Below, piece by piece: positions 1 to 11,800 of a DNA stretch of 64,000 nucleotides. The position numbers and the translations under genes are program-made. The stretch comes from Macrostomum lignano. Taxonomy: Eukaryota. Positions within the stretch are counted from its first letter, which is position 1, and each line of letters opens with the position of its first letter. The notes below the pieces were generated by a model. The model had not been told where the DNA came from. It worked only from the letters and a program-made list of their open reading frames with translations, and did no database searches. The stretch is taken from contig NIVC01001817.1 in the NCBI GenBank assembly GCA_002269645.1, positions 124,001-188,000 of the forward strand. Reading direction: 5' to 3'.

Positions 1-1760
1 GGAGCCAGCGTTCGAGGCGACTTCCTACTCTCGGCTGGTCAGAGCGTGGCCCTGCTACCTGGACGAGACGGCACCGCGGCCACGTCGGACGGTGGAATGT
101 CTGGCGGCGGCGGTGGCGGCGGAGGCGGCAGCTTTGTCTGGCTGCAAACCGCTCATGGTTCGACGTTGCTTCAGCTGCTTGTGGCAGCCGGAGGCGGCGG
201 CGGTGCGTCGAGTGTGAAAGCGGGTGAGAGAGCCGAATTGGATGGCTAAACTGTGATGGTTTGAATTTATACTTTACCTTGCAGTAAAATCAGTAAAATG
301 GCATGGCTCGATTCAGAATCTATTTTTTACATGTATGCATCTATTTTTAGCAGTCTTAGCTGACAATAGAGCTTTAATAAAGGCAAAATATTTCAAAATA
401 TGAACACTGCAGGTCTGCCTTCTATCGAAAGCAATAACAATTTAGCTCTGAAAAATGAAAACCTCTTAACTATGTAATGTATTTATTTCGGAAAAACCTG
501 ACACCCAAAATTTAAAATTTTCAAAGCAAAAATCAAAGATACCAGCAGATCCTCAATGAGCTTAGGCTTAAAGCATTTGAGCAACCCCCTATAAGCCAAG
601 CATTTCAGCAATGTCCCCCATGAGCCTTGACATCTCAGCAATGTCCCCCATGAGCCTTGACATCTCAGCAATGTCCCCCATGAGCCTTGACATCTCAGCA
701 ATGTCCCCATGAGCCTTGACATCTCAGCAATGTCCCCATGAGCCTTGACATCTCAGCAATGTCCCCCATGAGCCTTGACATCTCAGCAATGTCCCCATGA
801 GCCTTGACATCTCAGCAATGTCCCCATGAGCCTTGACATCTCAGCAATGTCCCCCATGAGCCTTGACATCTCAGCAATGTCCCCATGAGCCTTGACATCT
901 CAGCAATGTCCCCCATGAGCCTTGGCATCTCAGCAATGTCCCCCATGAGCCTTGACATCTCAGCAATGTCCCCATGAGCCTTGACATCTCAGCAATGTCC
1001 CCCATGAGCCTTGACATCTCAGCAATGTCCCCATGAGCCTTGACATCTCAGCAATGTCCCCCATGAGCCTTGGCATCTCAGCAATGTCCCCCATGAGCCT
1101 TGACATCTCAGCAATGTCCCCCATGAGCCTTGGCATCTCAGCAATGTCCCATGAGCCTTGATCTCAGCAATGTCCCCATGAGCCTTGACATCTCAGCAAT
1201 GTCCCCCATGAGCCTTGGCATCTCAGCAATGTCCCCATGAGAATCTTCTATAATTGACATGGCAACTCTTTCATCGTCGATCTCCAGGCATCAACGCCAC
1301 AGGCGGCATCGACGGCACGCAGTCGGACAGCCTGATGTCCACCCAGGCCGGGCCGGGCGGCGCCAACGGCTCCGCCGGGGCCGCCGGTTCGAGAATCGCC
1401 GCCGACCGAGCTCGAGGCGGCCCAGGCGCCGGCTGGCTGGGCGCCGCCTCCGCCGCCAGCCTCGTCACCGTCGCTGGCGACGCCATGCCGGGCCTGTCCG
1501 GCAGCCAGAACTGGCTCGGCGGTGGCCCAGGCGGCTTCGACGGCGGCTTCGGTGGCGGCGGCGCCGGTTCAGTCAACGGATCGGCTGGTGGAGGTGGCGG
1601 CTTCTCCGGCGGCGGCTCGGGCGGCGCCTACGCTGATGCCGGAGGCGCTGGAGGCTCGTCGTGCGGCGGCGGCGGGCAGAGCTGCCAGATGATTGGTTCG
1701 GCGAATCCACCGGGCGGCGGTTTGGCCTCGATTTGGTACCTGGGCGTCTCCTGCCCGTGA
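1..1760 (+). CDS. 3' part of a gene encoding an ALK/LTK-type glycine-rich domain; exons <1..223 and 1288..1760
   Basis: Frame 1 reads GASVRGDFLLSAGQSVALLPGRDG..GGGGGGGGSFVWL..LLVAAGGGGGA, like the ALK/LTK GRD pattern (ILVGQQG..GGGGGATYVF..LIIAAGGGG). Donor GTGAGA at 224 (phase 1) matches acceptor CAG at 1285-1287. Ends SIWYLGVSCP-TGA. Confidence 0.8.
596..1240. repeat. Intronic minisatellite, 29-30 bp unit CATCTCAGCAATGTCCCC(C)ATGAGCCTTGA, about 21 copies
   Basis: Read directly from the sequence. Confidence 0.95.
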
Positions 1761-2340
1761 CTGGACCGCTTAATTGACGCATTAGAAACTGTGGCAGAAC
1801 AGATGAAGCAACTTCATTTTGGCTGAGATATCGATGGCTGAATATACAGCGACTAGGGCATATTGGCTAGTTGTGTTGCCGATTGATGCGTGGAACATAT
1901 CCTCATACAGGACTGGACTCTCTTTTGACTCAAAATGGCTTGTTGAAGTAGTCTGAAAGCTGAGCTCTCCATCCAGCTTCAGCATCCAGCATCCCCACCT
2001 AGCTATCCCATCCAGCTTCCCTATCAAGATTCCCCATCCAGCTTCTTCATCTAGCCACCTATCCAACTTCACCATCCAGCTTCATCAATCAGCTTCCCGA
2101 ATCGAGCCCTGCAATAATAGCCGGAGATCTTCTATAATTTTCTGTCAATCTAAAGTCAGAGCCTGAAGATAATCACGGTCAACCTTTTAGGACTACAGCT
2201 GACTACTGACAAAAAGATAGAAAAAGTCCAAACATACCCTCGTCTACACCAGTAGTGTGTATATAACACCGTTTTTTTCTAATAATTTTAATGCCTACCT
2301 CATCATGGCCAGCACCAAGGGACGTCGCCAAGGGGCCTTT

Positions 2341-2456
2341 TGGTGCTGGCGCCCCTTGGTGCTGGCGCCCCTTGGTGCTGGCGCCCCTTGGTGCTGGCGC
2401 CCCTTGGTGCTGGCGCCCCTTGGTGCTGGCGCCCCTTGGTGCTGGCGCCCCTTGGT
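2341..2456. repeat. 16-bp tandem repeat GGTGCTGGCGCCCCTT, about 7 copies
   Basis: Read directly; abuts the LINE 5' truncation point. Confidence 0.9.
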
Positions 2457-4790
2457 TCGACAACGTCATCTTCGAGGCCTTTTGCAGAGCCCTGGAATCC
2501 AGGGCCACACACCCTCACCTTGTCCGGTGGATCATGTTCATGATCCGGAACCGCACTGTTGTGGCCCACCTGAACGGCAGCTCTCTTCGGCGCCTGTCCA
2601 GAAAGGGGGCCCCAGGGCGGAGTTCTCACGCCCGTTCTCTGGAACATGGTCATGGATGAGTTGCTTTGCAGTGATCTCCACGACCCCATTCTCAAGGTGG
2701 GCTATGCCGATGATGTGACCGCGATATGCGCGGGCTCCTCGGTTGATACCATCAGAGACCTTCTGCAGGGCTTTCTAGGACGAGCGGAGCGTTGGGCAAA
2801 CCAATGTGGCCTTAGACTCTCAGAGTCGAAAACCACAGCGGTCATGTTTATCAACAAACTGATCTGGACCATTAAGCCCCTCACCCTCTATGGAAAGAAC
2901 ATTTCCATGGAGAAGCAGGTCCGCTGCCCGGGCCTCACTCTGGACCACAGGCTCAACTGGACTCCGCACATTCAAACTAAAGCTTGGAGAAGCAGGTCCG
3001 CTGCCCGGGCCTCACTCTGGACCACAGGCTCAACTGGACTCCGCACATTCAAACTAAAGCTTGGAGAAGCAGGTCCGCTGCCCGGGCCTCACTCTGGACC
3101 ACAGGCTCAACTGGACTCCGCACATTCAAACTAAAGCTTGGAGAAGCAGGTCCGCTGCCCGGGCCTCACTCTGGACCACAGGCTCAACTGGACTCCGCAC
3201 ATTCAAACTAAAGCTTGGAGAAGCAGGTCCGCTGCCCGGGCCTCACTCTGGACCACAGGCTCAACTGGACTCCGCACATTCAAACTAAAGCTTGGAGAAG
3301 CAGGTCCGCTGCCCGGGCCTCACTCTGGACCACAGGCTCAACTGGACTCCGCACATTCAAACTAAAGCCAAAAAAGCCCTGGTGTCTGGCTCAGATCAGG
3401 CGCGCCGTGGGCACCACCTGGGGGCTCACCCCCAGGAAGCTGTGGTGGATTTACACTGCCATTATCCGCCCCTCGATCAGTTACGCCAGCCTCGTGTGGG
3501 CTAGCGGTCTGGGCGTCAAGAGCAACCTCGACGCTCTCTACAAAATCCATGGCAGAGCCTGCCGCATGACTATGGGCGCTCCACCCTCTACTCCTTTTGA
3601 AGGCATGAATTCCTTCCTCTGTGCCCCTCCTCTGGATATTTATATCAAAGGAGAGGCGGCGAAGAGCACCCGGCGTCTTCTGGATGCTGGGGTGGCCTTC
3701 AAAAAAGTGCGGGCCTTTAAGAAGCGGTCGCTTATCCCGCACTCTGACCTCTGCCTCAAGGCTCTCGAGGAGTGTGGCGGGCTTAACATCCTCACGGACT
3801 CAATCCCTCTGCCGCAGCACCGCCAGCTCCAGGTCCGTCCTGGACTGCAACACCCAGCTCAACGGGCTTGCGCTAGGCAACCAGGTGGAGCTCAGATGGA
3901 TCCCGGGCCACGCCGGCTTCGTCGGCAACGAGCGCGCTGACCTGCTGGCCAAGGCTGGCTCCGCCGGCGCGCTGCTGGGGCCGGGCCTGGGAGCCCCCAT
4001 CCCCGCCTCGGTGATCAACTCCCGCGTTAAGCGCTGGACTGACTCCGAGCATCTCCGCAGGTGGCACGACACCCGGAATTGTAGGCAATCCCGTGCGGCC
4101 GTCCCCTGCCCCTCTCCTCTCCTGCGTAGAGCCCTCCTCAGGCTCAACCGCAGAGACCTCAGAGCAGTTAGCATGGCCCTCTCCGGGCATGGCTGCTTCT
4201 CTCGCCACCGCTTCCTTCAGGGCCAAGTACCCGAGGAGCGGTGCCCCTTCTGCCGCTCAGGCAGTGAAAACGCCGAGCACTTTATCTGCCACTGCCCGCG
4301 GTTTTCACCAGGGCCAGGCTCACTCACCTCGGGCCAAACCCGGTTCTCTCCGACGTTTGCAGGCCCGAGAGCATCCCGCTGCTCGCCCGGTACCTCAGGG
4401 ACACGGGTCGAGCTGAGTTCTTCCCCACCACCGGTGAGGAGGACCGCGCTGCAGGCGAGACTGACGGGTCCCCCTGAGCGACGTACGTCACTTCGATGGA
4501 AGTCTTTGGTCGCCAGGGGCTAGCGGAATGGGCGGTCTCCTCCGCCTCCTCGCTGCATCCGCCGGACGCCCCCTGCAGCTAAGTCAAAGTGTACAACCCC
4601 TCTCGCCAAACACGCGCACTCACTAGGCCCAAATCCAGCAGCCCCCTCGGGAGTGCTAATTAAGCTGGTTCGCTGATCGGCATGCCTCAGAGCAAACCAT
4701 GCAAAAGCATTTGCCGACATCGTCCACGCGCTGCGACAATTAGGCCCATTCCACCGACTCCAGGGCACAATGTAAGCTAAAGCTTCATTG
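2457..4790 (+). mobile_element. 5'-truncated, frameshifted non-LTR retrotransposon (RT + partial RNase H + CCHC; LOA/R1/I group)
   Basis: RT motifs FDNV, PQGGVL, YADD, KT.AVMF; RNase H C-terminus WIPGHAGFVGNERADLLAKAG; zinc knuckle [19 protein letters not shown]. The N-terminal part of RNase H is missing after TDSIP. Confidence 0.9.
2908..3369. repeat. 77-bp segment of the LINE RT present in six tandem copies
   Basis: Identical ORF starts recur every 77 bp (2907, 2984, 3061, 3138, 3215, 3292). Confidence 0.95.
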
Positions 4791-5817
4791 TAGCCATTAA
4801 GCCACGTACCAATTAACTGTATGCAGGCACGCGCACCCCATGCAGGCCAAATTTTTGTACACAAGTCGTTTGATTGTTTCTGAAATTCCTATTTTAATCA
4901 AAGTCTGCAGTCAGGTAGGCGCAAGATTTAGAAGCTATTACGCATGTACCTGAATGTACCTGCAAGTACAGTATTATATAGTAGCAACTTTGTCTGACGC
5001 ATGTTTATTTAGAAATGTATGTACATGCGCAAGTTTTATACACATTGCACAACGGTAGCAAAATTGAGTAGTCTACACATTTCACAACCTATACGAATCA
5101 AATCAAGGCGAATTTGGATGTGTATGACTCAAGCGTAAAAATGCTTAGCTTTATGGATAAAAGTTAATTCAAAGGAATCAAAAAAGTACCTAACATTGTA
5201 ACATTTCTATTTTTTATTCAGTCTTTTATAGTGGCTCTAAAGGGTCGTGCTCGTACTAATTCACTCCTTATTATTTAATTATTATTGTACATCTATACAT
5301 ATAACATGTAAGTCATTCAGGTCTTGGCGCCTATTGGAGTTTTTGCTAAAAAATTATACCAAAACATTTGTGCTGGGTTAATTTGTGTTTTTCGAAGTAC
5401 GACTCGCGTTCGTCGTCCGAGGAAAACTTACAAATTGTCTTTTGAAACTCGTAATTCGTGTTGTACACGCGGCGCTTTGCTTATAGGCGGACGAATAAAT
5501 GCTAATAACGTACGGAAAGATTGTTATAAAATAAAACAAAGCAGTATAAATTGTTAAAAAAGTTCGATTTTAAACAGGAAATTTAAAGTAACTGTTAGTT
5601 TAAAAATATCAAGCAAAGTCTTTAATTTTTTTATTATTTCATGCTTTGTAACTCGACTTTAATAATTTTACGTAAAGCTAACAATTTGATCGAGCTCAAT
5701 GCTAACTAAATATTTGTGTACGAAAATTCTGACTGAATTTTGTCCTCTTAGCAACCTAGGAATCCTAGGTTATTTTCTAGGATCAAGAAAAAGGAACTCT
5801 GTAGCATCGCTAGCAGC

Positions 5818-8800
5818 ATGTATATGACAAACCTTTTTGTTTTGGTCAGTATCTTCTTACTCTTTGTTGTCAATAACTGTGTCTGTGTTGATGAAGAAGA
5901 TTTTTCTGAGGAATTAGTGCTGTCTGACTTAGGCAATGGATACTCCTACTTTGGATTTAACTTTGTTTTTACCCGACAAGTTAACGACTTTAACTTTGTC
6001 ATTAAAGCAACATCTAGTAAGTTAAGCCTATATTTATGTGTTTTGTGTGGGCTTATTCAACTTGTTCAACTTGTTGCTTTTAATTTTAATAGATTTTATT
6101 ATAATGCTATTATTTTGTTTTGCTGATATAGTCTGTCTACTTAAATTTTGCATCTGAATTTTTTGAGGTTTATATTAAGCCAAGGTATATTGTGTGTACT
6201 AGGGAATACAATCCTAGGATCTCAATGTCTACACTCCTAACACTAGAACCATTGCACTGGTTCAACCAGTAGCCTACCAAAAATAAAAGGCAGTGCTTAT
6301 TTAGCCGGCACCGGTCGAATAAGTTCGCTACTATTTAGCCGGCACCGGTCAAATAAGCGCGTCACTATTTAGCCGGCAGTCCTACCCCACTGCCGGTCAA
6401 ATAAGCTCGTCACTATTTAGCCGGCAGTCCTGCCCCACTGCCGGTCAAATAAACGCGTCACTATTTACCCGGCAGTCCTGCCCCACTGCCGGTCAAATAA
6501 GCTCGTCACCATTTAGCCGGCAATCCTGGCCCCAATGGCCACGCTGGTCAAAATACATTTATATATTTTATAACTGCGCATTGCTCGTCATGACCTTGAA
6601 TTAATAATTTAACATACTACAAGCTAATTACTTAAACTACAATTTTGGAGTTTTTCGATAAAGGTGTTTGCAGTGGTTTTTTGGCTTTAATGAGTGGTTT
6701 TGATTCAGAGATTAAAGTGAAAGTAAAACATGCATAATTAATTTTTTATTTGTTTATGTGTCTTCTGCTGCTACAAATAATTTCCGGAATTTTGTTGTTG
6801 CCCTTCCCCACTGTTTAGCATCTCTGAGATCGGTGAGATGCAAGACTTTCAGAAACAATTAAACAAACTTGAAGGCAAGTAATAAATTGTACTGAATCTG
6901 CATTGATCTATATTCGCTGTACCTACTTTTGTATTGCCCAAAGTTTAAATATCTCGAATAAATATATATAATCGCGTGGCCATTGGGGGCCAGGATTGCC
7001 GGCTAAATAATGACGAGCTTATTTGACCGGCAGTGGGGCAGGACTGCCGGCTAAATAGCAGCGAACTTATTCGGCCGGTGCCGGCTAAATAAGCACTGCC
7101 AAAATAAAATACAGGAAAAAACAAAAATTAATCAAAAAATGTCTAAAATGTTTGGGTTAGGGTTAGGGTACAAAATCACCTCTAGTAATTGAGGTGAGGG
7201 TGGAGAAAAGAAATGGAAAGTTTCTTTTTCTTTTGGTTCTAAGGTTTGAATTTGGTTTGCTGTCACCAATGAGATAGGCAGATTCCATGTTTGAATTGCC
7301 GCCAATGTTGAGTTCGCACAAATTAAATCTGGAAATCGCGCAGACAAATCACAACAAAATTCTTTTCTCCAGTTTTACTCTGACTGCCAAGGTCCTCAAT
7401 TCCGGGGAGAGGGTAATCATATTCATAGCAGAGCAGTCGCTGAGCGGCATAGTCATTTAGTTGGTAAGACACCAAAGATTTGACACTGTAAATTAACGTG
7501 TCATTTTGTCAAACTTGCTACTTTCAGTAGGGTAGTTGTTGCTACCACTGTAATTTACATATTACAGAACGTAGAATTCTCAGAGCTTTCTTTGAGATGA
7601 GAACTTTTGGTTGTTTTACGCCCCACTTGCAAATGATTCAATAAAATGATTCAACCACAACTGTTAATTATTAAGTTGCAGTTTATTATTTGTTGTTGAC
7701 AATTCAAGATAAATATTAAAAGGTTAAAGAGAGAGACGGCCTAACTGCGACATGAGATCCGGCATGCCGGATACTGAATAAATATTAAGGTTTAATGTAA
7801 CGCAAATGTGAGCAAGCAATCAAAAGGGAATAAAACCAATAAAGGAGAGCACGAGAGAGAGAGCAAGCAAGTGAGCAAGCAAGCGCATGAAAATCAAGCA
7901 TCTACAACAGGCTATAAATATTAGTTTCTTCTTGCCAGAGGGTGGGGCACCTGGGGATTCAATAGGTGGTAAATGGGTAGCCACCACTGGATTCCTCAAC
8001 TGGCAGTAACTTAAAGCAATAAAGAAAAATAAAAACAGGGAAATGGCATTGCATGGGGCTGCCATTGGGGCATAGCATAGAGACAAAACCAATTGGTGGG
8101 GCAGCACATGGGCCATCAAGTGGCATGATGTCAGAAAAATAATTCACAGGGCAACTCGTGCAATAACAAATTAAAAATTAAATTCAAGAAAAATATAATT
8201 ATGAAATTCATGCAAATATTTGGGAACTTAAGCAAATTTGATAAACGAATGGATTAATGGGGAGTTCACTGGGGGCAAAATAGATCCAAACCGACAGTCT
8301 CAAGCATCCGTGGTAGACGCAACTACCACACAATTATTTATACATTATCATACCAGGATAGAATTTTTGCTTGGGGGTAGGAAAATGCGCGCACACGTTT
8401 TTAAAGCAGTGCGCAAGCGTGCACGCCATCTGTATAAAAAGTCATAATGCAGATCATGGCAGGCCTATGTGCTAAAAAATAAAATTTCTAGTTTTTCAAT
8501 TCTTACGCCAACATAAATTAGAAAGTTGTACTTTAAGTGTAAAGTAGCTTGAACACTAATTTTTTAAGAAAATTATTTAAAAATTATAAAAGATTCACTA
8601 AACTTTAAAGAAACTGTTTTTACTAAAAACTATTTTTCTTTGTTTACTTTTGTTTTTACCAGTATAAAAACAACCTTCTGGACTATGAAAAGTAGAACTT
8701 GAGTGTGTATACACTACATGGCACATAACCATGTTGAATGCATGTAAAAGTCAAATCCTGTCTGTGATTCTGCAGCAAACAGCTTCTTTGCAAGCGCATA

Positions 8801-11800
8801 TGATGGAGTGCGCACACCTTCTTTAAGAGCGCACAAGTAAGGTTCTTTTTCAGCGCAAGTGTGCAAGAATTTGACAAGCGCGCACAAACGCATAACAACT
8901 TTTGTGCAACAATTCCATCCTGGTTATCATAGGGTATAGGGCCTAGTAAATTTCATTTGAACCACTTTTATATCATATACTATATAAATTTTCATATAGC
9001 AAAATAATGGGCATAATTTAGGTTTCTTGTTCTAAAATCTAAATTATTTTCTGGATTCTTTTAAACTTTCAGTCTAAAAATGTAAAAGAAACAAGCAAAA
9101 AGTCAACAAATTACACAAGTTAATAGTCCAAAGCATGTGATTGAAACTGGTTTATAAATTCCTTATCTAGAAATGCTGGAAAATAATCCATAACACAGGT
9201 TTTAAAGCAATAAAGTAATAATGCCAAAAAATCTAGAAAATAATTTAGAGCAGGAAACCAAAATTATGCCAATAAAAGACTTTGCTAATATGATACCTTT
9301 AAATATTTAAACACAAAAATTATATTTTAATTAAATCAAAAAACAAAAAAAATTGTAAAACAGACCAAACAATACTACTTTTATTGGATACTAAAAACTA
9401 TACATATAAAAAAGTTGATATCTAGTAAATTTCAATGCAAAAATGACTATAGTGTACTTTGGCAAAATATATTATGAGGGTTGTTGGTATAAAACTGAAA
9501 GTTGAAATCTGGAAGGAAATAACCAATCTAGAAGCTTGCAAGATAGGTGCCATTAGGAAAATAATGTCTGATCCCTCTATATCTTAGTATTAGTACATTG
9601 GGCCATAGCTTAATAAGTTATCATTCTATAAGTTATATCACAATCAAGTGTGATTTTCTTAAGCTGCAATCTTTTATGTTAGCCTCAACATATCATATTC
9701 CAATTCAAAGCTTTAATTATCACCTATCAAATTTGCAAATCATGTTTGTAAAATCTTTTATTCTATTCTACTTTTATCATTGAAAGCCTTTTAAAATCAG
9801 GTTAAATGTTAAACCATAAACTAAGCTTCAAGCTTTATCAACCAAAATTGTACCCCACTAAGATTAAAAACATTTTCAATCCATAGGATCCTAGGAATAG
9901 GATTGGCAAAGTTTGGCCTGCATATTGAAAATGTCTATTGCATATTGAATATTGAATATTAAATCTATTGAATCTATGAATATTCAATCTTGAAAATACT
10001 AGGATTGGCAAAACTTGGGATTTTGTATCCCTTAATTTATACAAGTGCAATTAGAAGACACCTTAAATATTTTACTTTCTAGGCTTATACTAGACTTAAG
10101 AAAGGCTCAAGATACTAGAAAATTCTAGTATATATATATGGATCTGGCATATATTCTATATAAAAATATTTTTTCAAAATTCTGCAAAAATCTGTTTTTG
10201 CAAATTAAAGGGAAATTTAAAGGTTTTTAGGACAGTTTTTCACTTATATGATAAAGCAAAATTTTCTAGGAAATACCAAATCACTGTGCAATGCTCTTAT
10301 AACTAAACCTTACCTGCTTCAAGGAATATAATAATAACCTGCATATCTTAATCCAGCTCCTTCACAAGAGATCTTCTTTGATTTTCAGCTATAAGCCACA
10401 TTCTAAGTAGGCAAAGTAGGTTAAATAGACAAAAAGTATGATAAAAAGTAGGCTAATTATATGTAGTCAAAGTAAAGTAGGTACTACATATATTTAAAGC
10501 TAGGAAAGTTTGTATTGTAGAAGTAAGCAAAATATGCAGAAAGAAAGTCAATAAACCAAGTTAGACAAAATCATCTTATCAATGTTTGTAGGGACCTCCC
10601 AAAAACTTCTAGATTAGCAGTTTTAATGATGTTTCAATTGATGTTAGGTCAAAATGTACATGAATATATAGATCAATTTGTGGGTCAATATGTAGTTCAA
10701 TATGTTGGTCAAAATATAGGTCAATATGTAGGTCAATATGTAGTTCAATATGTAGGTCAGTACGTAGGTCAATATGTAGGTCAGTATGTTGGTCATTATG
10801 TAGGTTAATATGTAGATTAATATGTAGGTCAATATGTAGGTCAATATGTTGGTCAAAATGTAGGTCAATATGTAGGTCAAAATGTAGGTCATTTTGTAGG
10901 TCAATATGTAGTTCAATATGTTGGTCTATATGTAGGTCAATATGTAGGTCAAAATGTAGGTCAATATGTTGGTCTATATGTAGGTCAATATGTAGGTCAA
11001 AATGTAGGTCATTTTGTAGGTAAAAATGTAGGTCAAAATGTTCAATATGTTGGTCTATATGTAGGTCAATATGTAGGTCAAAATGTAGGTCAATATGTAG
11101 GTCAATATGTAGTTCAATATGTTGGTCAAAATGTAGGTCAATATGTAGGTCAAAAATCAAAATGTAGGTCAATATGTAGGTCAATATGTAGTTCAATATG
11201 TTGGTCTATATATAGGTCAATATGTAGGTCAAAATGTAGGTCATTTTGTAGGTCAAAATGTTCAATATGTTGGTCATTATGTAGGTTAATATGTAGGTTA
11301 ATATGTAGGTCAATATGTAGGTCAATATGTAGGTCAATATGTTGGTCAAAATGTAGGTCAATATGTAGGTCAAAATGTAGTTCAATATGTTGGTCTATAT
11401 GTAGGTCAATATGTAGGTCAAAATGTAGGTCATTTTGTAGGTCAAAATGTAGGTCAAAATGTTCAATATGTTGGTCTATATGTAGGTCAAAATGTAGGTC
11501 AATATGTAGGTCAATATGTAGTTCAATATGTTGGTCTATATGTAGGTCAATATGTAGGTCAAAATGTAGGTCATTTTGTAGGTCAAAATGTAGGTCAAAA
11601 TGTTCAATATGTTGGTCTATATGTAGGTCAATGTGTAGGTCAATACGTAGGTCAATATGTAGGTCAGTATGTTGGTCAAAATGTAGGTCAAATTTGAGAT
11701 AGTCCTGACCAGATCTCAGCAGGCCTCTACATACCACTCGTCAGGATTGACTATTGACAAAAATGAAAACATAAAAGTTTCGACTCTTGAAAGCCTACCT

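Noticed and set aside
4505-4590. Canonical HDV-like ribozyme call
   Set aside because: P3 has a mismatch and no P2 partner could be formed; kept only as a structured-motif finding.
8246-8275. GAATGGATTAA..CACTG resembling the 28S sequence just downstream of the mimic
   Set aside because: The flanks do not match and the same 11-mer occurs by chance inside ZDHHC12 coding sequence (about 25499).
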